From: Acidobacteriota bacterium
GTDB taxonomy: Bacteria; Acidobacteriota; UBA890; WLXD01
NCBI GenBank assembly: GCA_965248695.1
Contig: CBDFKD010000002.1
Location: 4,544,001-4,608,000, forward strand
Reading direction: 5' to 3'
Length of the DNA stretch: 64,000 nt
A program made the translations under genes and the position numbers. How positions within the stretch are numbered: position 1 is the stretch's first letter; the number at the start of each line of letters is the position of its first letter. Under the pieces are notes generated by a model that saw only the letters and a program-made list of their open reading frames with translations, was not told the DNA's origin and ran no database searches. This document shows positions 58,398-64,000 of the stretch, in pieces.

Positions 58398-59663
58398 CTA
58401 CGGAGCCGGGGCTTTGATCACTAGCACGATCTGGCGCAGGGCGGCGATATCCTGAGTCGGGTCGCCGGTCACCGCGACCAGATCGGCGAGCATTCCGGCG
58501 CGGATCGCGCCGAGCCGCTCGTCGAGCTCGAAGATGGCGGCGTTGCCGGCGGTGGCGGCGCGCAGCGCGGCGCTCGGTTCCATGCCGTAGTCGACCATCA
58601 GCTCCAGCTCGCGCACGTTGTCGCCGTGCGGGTACACGCCGACGTCGCCACCGAAACATAGGCTCACCCCGGCAACCATGGCGGCGCGGAAGCTGTCACG
58701 TTTCCGCCGTATTCGCTCGGGCTCGGGGTCGCGTCCCTTCCGCCAGCCGCCGTACTGGAGAATTGCGTCGCCCGCAGCGAGCGTCGGGCACAGGGCCACG
58801 TCGTTGGTGGCCATGAGGGCAAACGTCTCGTCGTCGCCGCCGTCGCCGTGTTCGATGGTGCGCACCCCCGCCCGGGCCGCCCGTCGCATGCCCTCGGCTG
58901 TCGCCGCATGCGCCACCACGCGCCGGCCCGAGCTCTCGGCCACCTCGACGACGAGCTCCAGCTCGCGCTCGGTGAAGGTCGGTTGCGCAGTGCCGTCAGG
59001 ACCCCAGCGGTAGTCTGCGTAGACCTTGATCCAGTCGGCGCCGCGACCGATCTGATCGCGCACGACGCGGATCAACTCGTCGTGGCCGTCGGCGACCTCG
59101 GCGCCTTTGTGGAACCGGATCTCGGGAGCGCCGCGCGGGTTGTAGCTGCCGGTGGTGACGATCGCCTTGGTAGCAACCAGCATGCGTGGTCCGGGCACCA
59201 CCCCCTTGTCGATCGCCGCCTTGAGCCCGGCATCGGCATAGCCGGCACCCTCGGTGCCGAGATCGCGGACGGTCGTGACCCCGGCCAGCAGGGTCGCGCG
59301 TGCGTGCACTACCGCGCGTGCGGTGCGCTCCGCCAGTGACTCTCGCATCACCTGATCGGTCCAGGCGGTCTCGTTGTAAGGATGCAGCAGAAGATGCGAG
59401 TGACCTTCGATGAGCCCCGGCAGCAAGGTGGCTCCCTCGAGTCGCACTACCCTGACGTCTCCACTGCTGTTCCCGTCCGTTAGGAGCGCGTCGGCCGGAC
59501 CCACTCGGGTGATCCGTTCGCCGTCCACCCTTACCGCCCAGCCAGCGTGACTGCGCTCACCATCGAAGACCCGGTCGGGGATCAGCAGCAACGGCACGGC
59601 GGATTCTTGCGCGGCGAGCGGGCCGCAGGTCGCCGCCGACAGCGCAGCGCTCACAACGATCAT
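58398..59663 (-). CDS. Secreted amidohydrolase (Xaa-Pro dipeptidase-like subgroup)
   Basis: LPGLIEGHSH, GVTTVRDLG, ADWIKVYAD, VAHA, IEHG, GGDVG, GAIRAGMLADLVAV. Confidence 0.92.
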   Translation of the reverse strand: MIVVSAALSAATCGPLAAQESAVPLLLIPDRVFDGERSHAGWAVRVDGERITRVGPADALLTDGNSSGDVRVVRLEGATLLPGLIEGHSHLLLHPYNETAWTDQVMRESLAERTARAVVHARATLLAGVTTVRDLGTEGAGYADAGLKAAIDKGVVPGPRMLVATKAIVTTGSYNPRGAPEIRFHKGAEVADGHDELIRVVRDQIGRGADWIKVYADYRWGPDGTAQPTFTERELELVVEVAESSGRRVVAHAATAEGMRRAARAGVRTIEHGDGGDDETFALMATNDVALCPTLAAGDAILQYGGWRKGRDPEPERIRRKRDSFRAAMVAGVSLCFGGDVGVYPHGDNVRELELMVDYGMEPSAALRAATAGNAAIFELDERLGAIRAGMLADLVAVTGDPTQDIAALRQIVLVIKAPAP

Positions 59664-59868
59664 GGCGGCAGCCCGCAAGGGGATTGTCTGCAACTGGATT
59701 CGATTCCGGCACGGGGAGGGAAGCGCGAACATGTCTGCGGGCCCGGAGAGTCGCCTCTGGCCGCCAGTGGCCAGTCGACGTGGTCAGCGGCGCCCGCGAT
59801 CATATACGCCGTTAGGCAGGCGCTGTAACGTCCTAGATCACCCGTCGCCTCACTCGGATGCTCTCTTC

Positions 59869-62508
59869 GTGCGTAGACTCGCGCCTGCCGTTGTCATTCT
59901 GTGCCTCGTGCTCGTGCTCGGCGGCGTCGGCCGACTCGAAGCCTCCGGTCAGGCCGAGGACGGTTCGCGACAGGACACCAGCGAGGGGCAAGCCACGCAA
60001 ACGAGTCAAGAGCGAACGGAGGCCCGGCGACGCACAATCCCTGTGCGCATGGTCCGGCCAGGCGCCCCCGTACGACCGTCGGATCAGCCCGCGGCGGCGA
60101 TTCCGGACGTACAGCCCCTGCCGGTCGAAACCATGCCGCCGCCCAGGCGAAGGATCCCTGTGCGCCTGGTGACCCCGGAGGAACTGCATGCGCCTGTGCG
60201 CGGCATGGGGGCTCCGGTTCTCGTTCCTGGAGACCGGCGCTCGGCTGCCTCGACCGATCCGGTGGCACCCTTGCCGGCCGGTGTCGGCGGCATCCCCCCG
60301 CCGACGCCCGCGCCCGAGGGGCCGCCCGCCGGCGCCGATCCGTTGCCGGCTGGCTCCGATACGACGTTCTCGACTGCGCGGCCGCGCTCGACCCGTTCTC
60401 CTGGCGTGGCACCGGACATGGCCGTCACACGCGCCGTCGAGCCTCCGGTGATGGACGGAGTGGTTGACGACGCCGGCTGGGCACTCTCGGACGTCGCGAC
60501 CGGGTTCCTGCAGCGGGAGCCGCAGCAGGGTCAGCCGGCGTCGGAACGCACCGAGGTGCGCATTCTGTACGACGACGACAACCTCTACGTCGGGGTGATC
60601 GCTTACGACAGCAACCCGAGCGCCGTACTTGCCACGGAGATGCGACGCGACGCCCTCGGATCACGATTCAGCGGATCTGACGACACCTTCAGCGTGCTGC
60701 TGGATACCTTCCACGATGGCCGCAGCGCGTTCCTGTTCACGGTGAACGCGCTGGGCACCCGTTACGACGCGACCATCCGCAACGAGCGCCAGATCAACTC
60801 GGACTGGGACGAAGCCTGGGAAGCCGCGGCGCAGATCACCGCTCGCGGCTGGGAGGCCGAGATGGTCATCCCGCTAGGTATCCTCCGTTTCTCCACCGGA
60901 CTTGCCGATTGGGGTGTCGATTTCGAGCGTCAGATCCGCCACAAGAACGAGCAGGTGGCTTGGAGCAACTACCGGCGCGACTTCCGATTCATCAGCGTGT
61001 CGCAGGCCGGCGATCTGCGTGGTTTCGAGAACCTGTCGGTTACGGAGCGTTTCCGCCTCAGGCCGTACTTTCTGGGATCATCCAGGTCGTTGTTCGAGGA
61101 CCCGGGACGAACGAACGACGTCGACAACGAGTTCGGCATCGACGATCTCAAGATCCAGCTGACGTCGAACCTGACCGCCGATCTGACGTACAACACGGAC
61201 TTCGCCCAGGTCGAGGTCGATCAGCAGCGGGTGAACCTGACGCGCTTCTCGTTGTTCTTCCCGGAGAAGCGCGACTTCTTCCTGGAGGGGGCCAACAACT
61301 TCAGCTTTGGCCAGCAGCGCGGCGGCTTCGATAGCTTTGGCGCTCCATTGCTGCGGCTTTTCCACTCGCGCAACATCGGGCTCTCTGAGTTCGGCGAACC
61401 GACGCCGATCGACTTCGGTGCCAAGATGACCGGCAAGGTGGGCGGCGGCAACATCGGCTTTCTGAACGTCCGGACCGGGGACTCGGAGTTCGGTGAGGGG
61501 CGCAGTTACTCGGCGTTGCGCTGGCGTCAGGATGTGCTGGCGCGGTCGAGCGTCGGCGCCCTGATCACCAACGTCGAGGGACCGGACGGACAGACCAACA
61601 CGGTCATCGGCGCCGACGCAAACTTCACCTTCTTCGACAACTTCAACATCTCGGCGTTCGGCGCCCGGGCCACCGACGACACGCTCGAGGATGGCAAGTT
61701 CGCGGGACAGTTCCGTGTGGGTTGGCAGAGCAATCTGTGGAGCGCGACCTTCGACGTGCTGCGCATTGACGAAGACTTCAAGAGTGACCTCGGCTTTGTC
61801 CTCCGAGACGGAATTGTTCGCCGTGATTTCCGGGGCTCGGTGAATCCCCGGCCGGCGCTCTCGTGGCTGCGATCAATTAGCTTTGACGCCAACTTCACGA
61901 CCTTCCACGACACCACCGGTACTCTCGTCGGTCGCGAGGGGTCGGGCGGCGCGTTTCTCGAGTTCGAGTCGGGAGACTCGATCGGCGCCTTCTACACCAG
62001 CAGCTTCGAGGTGCTGGACTTCGCGTTCCCGATCCACCCCGACGTGACGATCCCGGCGGGCGAATACAGCTTCGACATCGTCTCGGCATTCCTGTTCACC
62101 TTCGGCGGACGCCGGGTCAGCGTCGGGGGCAGCGCAAATTTCGGGGAGTTCTACGACGGTACGATCCTGTCGTTGTCGCCGCGGCTGACCCTGCGGCTCA
62201 GCGAGAAGCTGCGTATCGCGCCCAGCTACAGCTACAACAAGATCGACCTGCCTGGCGGGAGCTTCACGAGCAACGTGTTCAGCACGCGCGCCAACTACAG
62301 CTTCTCGGACCGCTGGCTCACCGACGCGCTGGTGCAGTACAACAATGTCTCCAACGGCATTTCGATCTTCGCCCGCTTGCGTTACATCTATCGAATCGGC
62401 GACGACATTTACCTCGTTTACCGACAGGTGGGCGAGTACGACAGTTTTCGCTTCGGACGCCACGACCGCTCGATCACGCTGAAGGTGACGCGCTCGTTCG
62501 GCTTCTAG
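59869..62508 (+). CDS. DUF5916-type outer-membrane protein with Pro-rich N-terminal linker and CBM9-like domain
   Basis: GTG 59869 signal peptide; LDTFHD, TYNTDFAQVEVD..VNLTRFSLFFPEKRDFFLEG, FHSRNIGL, terminal F. Confidence 0.9.
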   Translation: MRRLAPAVVILCLVLVLGGVGRLEASGQAEDGSRQDTSEGQATQTSQERTEARRRTIPVRMVRPGAPVRPSDQPAAAIPDVQPLPVETMPPPRRRIPVRLVTPEELHAPVRGMGAPVLVPGDRRSAASTDPVAPLPAGVGGIPPPTPAPEGPPAGADPLPAGSDTTFSTARPRSTRSPGVAPDMAVTRAVEPPVMDGVVDDAGWALSDVATGFLQREPQQGQPASERTEVRILYDDDNLYVGVIAYDSNPSAVLATEMRRDALGSRFSGSDDTFSVLLDTFHDGRSAFLFTVNALGTRYDATIRNERQINSDWDEAWEAAAQITARGWEAEMVIPLGILRFSTGLADWGVDFERQIRHKNEQVAWSNYRRDFRFISVSQAGDLRGFENLSVTERFRLRPYFLGSSRSLFEDPGRTNDVDNEFGIDDLKIQLTSNLTADLTYNTDFAQVEVDQQRVNLTRFSLFFPEKRDFFLEGANNFSFGQQRGGFDSFGAPLLRLFHSRNIGLSEFGEPTPIDFGAKMTGKVGGGNIGFLNVRTGDSEFGEGRSYSALRWRQDVLARSSVGALITNVEGPDGQTNTVIGADANFTFFDNFNISAFGARATDDTLEDGKFAGQFRVGWQSNLWSATFDVLRIDEDFKSDLGFVLRDGIVRRDFRGSVNPRPALSWLRSISFDANFTTFHDTTGTLVGREGSGGAFLEFESGDSIGAFYTSSFEVLDFAFPIHPDVTIPAGEYSFDIVSAFLFTFGGRRVSVGGSANFGEFYDGTILSLSPRLTLRLSEKLRIAPSYSYNKIDLPGGSFTSNVFSTRANYSFSDRWLTDALVQYNNVSNGISIFARLRYIYRIGDDIYLVYRQVGEYDSFRFGRHDRSITLKVTRSFGF

Positions 62509-62521
62509 TGGCCTGTTACAG
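62505..62521 (+). repeat. CTAGTG..CCTGTWACAG motif, copy 3
   Basis: CTAGTGGCCTGTTACAG, starting on the TAG stop of the DUF5916 gene. Confidence 0.55.
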
Positions 62522-62546
62522 GCTGGCGCTGTAGCGGAGTTGGTCA

Positions 62547-63017
62547 TTGCTCTTCAAGACACGCTTCCACGCCGGGATTCGGGATGGCTCGATTCGGCTC
62601 ACGTTTCGCCGCTGGAAGCGGCCGCAAGTGAAGGTGGGAGGGCAGTATCGGGTCGGTGCCAGCGATCAGATCGAGGTGAGCGCCTTGCGCATGCTCTCGA
62701 TGTCGAGCCTGACGCCCGATGATGCTCGCGATGCCGGCTTCGAGTCGCTGGAGGCGTTGCGGGCGGCAGTCGGTGACCGCACGGGTGCTGCTGCAGACGA
62801 CGCGATCTACCGGATCGACTTCCGCCATGTCGGCAAGTGGCGGGATTGCAGCGACCCGGACAGGCGTGCTGCCGATCTGGCGGGGCTCCTGAGGCGAGAT
62901 CGACAGCGGTTCAAGGTCGATGTCCGCAAGCTCAAGAGCCTGGGCCTGACCCTCAGCCTGGCTGTCGGCTACCGCCTGTCGCCGCGCGGGCGCGTCTTCC
63001 TAGCGCGTCGAAGCTGA
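62547..63017 (+). CDS. ASCH/PUA-like hypothetical protein with C-terminal wHTH-like segment, apparently internally shortened
   Basis: GGAG RBS + TTG; GIRDGSIRLTFRRWKRPQVKVG, DARDAGF, RAADLA...FKVDVRKLKSLGLT.SL.VGYRLSPRG. Confidence 0.65.
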   Translation: MLFKTRFHAGIRDGSIRLTFRRWKRPQVKVGGQYRVGASDQIEVSALRMLSMSSLTPDDARDAGFESLEALRAAVGDRTGAAADDAIYRIDFRHVGKWRDCSDPDRRAADLAGLLRRDRQRFKVDVRKLKSLGLTLSLAVGYRLSPRGRVFLARRS

Positions 63018-64000
63018 CTCCGAGCACGCTTCGTTGCCGGCCGCATCGACGGCGCAGACGCTGTAAACGGTCGCCGCTGAGCTCGGCGCAGGTATCTCCG
63101 CGAACCACAGATACTCGCCGTACCAGGTCATCGGAGTCTCACGGGTGGTGCCGGATTCCGACCACCGCACTGCCACCGACTGCCAATCGTGCGGCATCGT
63201 GGGGCTCTTGCGATCGTGGATCCGGGCCCGGAGTCTGAGAACTGCGTCTTGCTGTTGAGCCATCTCGACGCTCCCGATGACCGGTGGCGCCGTATCGGGA
63301 TCCAGACCACTTCCCAGAAAGATCCTCTCCTCGACAGCTGCGGGATTCTCTCCCTGGCCCTGGACCACATCGAGCCGGTTGTCACCGTCCAGGTCCGCCA
63401 GCAGGAGCGATAGCGTGCCGGCGGTCTCAGGTCCGGAGAAGACCTCATCCGCCATCATGAAGCGTCCGGTGCCATCGTTGATCAGCAGACGATCGGCGCC
63501 GGTGAGCGACCCGACGACGAAATCAGCGTCGCCATCGGAGTCGTAGTCGATGAACACGGCGTTGTTGTCGTCTTCGCCAACGTTCTCGCTGTCTGGCCAC
63601 AGCGTCGAGGTGGCATCCACGAAGGCCCTGCCGGCGTCGTTCCGGAAGACATGCTGACGGCGCATCATGTTGATCTCGCCGACGATCTCGCCGTCGTTGA
63701 TGGTGACCAGATCGAGGAAGCCGTCGCCGTCGACGTCCATGGGCTCGAGCTCGTAGTTGTTGGAGTGCCGCGGCAGCCCGACGAGAAGCTCCTCGAAGTA
63801 CCCGCTGCCGTCATTCACGAAAAGGCTGCCACCGTAGCAACGCTTGCATGATACGGCGATGTCGAGGTCGAAGTCGTTGTCGAAGTCCAGGAACTCCAGA
63901 TCCCAGGAGAAGCCGAGCAGCGTATCCGGCATGCGGGATTCCGTTGCGTCGACGAAGTGGCCGTCGCCCTCGTTGAGCCATAGACGTGTGCGGCCGCCCA
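63000..64000 (-). CDS. FG-GAP/VCBS-repeat protein (5'-partial)
   Basis: Frame open to the window edge; repeated DxDxDGDxD loops (DFDNDFDLD, DVDGDGFLD, DYDSDGDAD, DLDGDNRLD). Confidence 0.88.
   Translation of the reverse strand, partial: GGRTRLWLNEGDGHFVDATESRMPDTLLGFSWDLEFLDFDNDFDLDIAVSCKRCYGGSLFVNDGSGYFEELLVGLPRHSNNYELEPMDVDGDGFLDLVTINDGEIVGEINMMRRQHVFRNDAGRAFVDATSTLWPDSENVGEDDNNAVFIDYDSDGDADFVVGSLTGADRLLINDGTGRFMMADEVFSGPETAGTLSLLLADLDGDNRLDVVQGQGENPAAVEERIFLGSGLDPDTAPPVIGSVEMAQQQDAVLRLRARIHDRKSPTMPHDWQSVAVRWSESGTTRETPMTWYGEYLWFAEIPAPSSAATVYSVCAVDAAGNEACSESASTR

Noticed and set aside
58398-58420. Atypical amidohydrolase C-terminus (VIKAPAP instead of VxKxG) as a further deletion junction
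   Set aside because: Only a few residues are affected, which cannot be told apart from normal terminal variation without an alignment.

Overview
GC-rich (roughly two-thirds G+C by eye), gene-dense bacterial DNA. It is probably from an Acidobacteriota-type heterotroph, inferred from an Acidobacterial-type VWA protein, DUF5916 outer-membrane proteins and many exported hydrolases. There are about 45 CDS, mostly for scavenging nitrogenous compounds: a DUF3311/SSS/hydantoinase A+B/large M14 peptidase operon, non-pyrrolysine MttB, a spermidine-dehydrogenase-like flavoprotein, a molybdo-hydroxylase large subunit, amidase, three amidohydrolases, a Tat-exported creatinase/ectoine-hydrolase-like enzyme and agmatinase. 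thrA-asd and a CHASE4 hybrid kinase are also present. I saw no rRNA, tRNA, CRISPR array or intact transposase. The strongest hidden signal is an exported selenoprotein that the ORF track splits in two (42028-43404, minus strand). It has an in-frame TGA in a thioredoxin-type W-U-A-G-C motif, a SECIS-like hairpin directly downstream, and a C-terminal DsbD-alpha-like Cys pair. Other features the ORF track misses: a 279-bp CTAG-bounded cruciform MITE-like element; a CTAGTG..CCTGTWACAG motif starting at the TAG stop of three unrelated genes; several gene remnants with truncations or internal deletions; and two frameshifts at the same CGGCCCG heptamer. All family calls come from motif recognition, not database searches.
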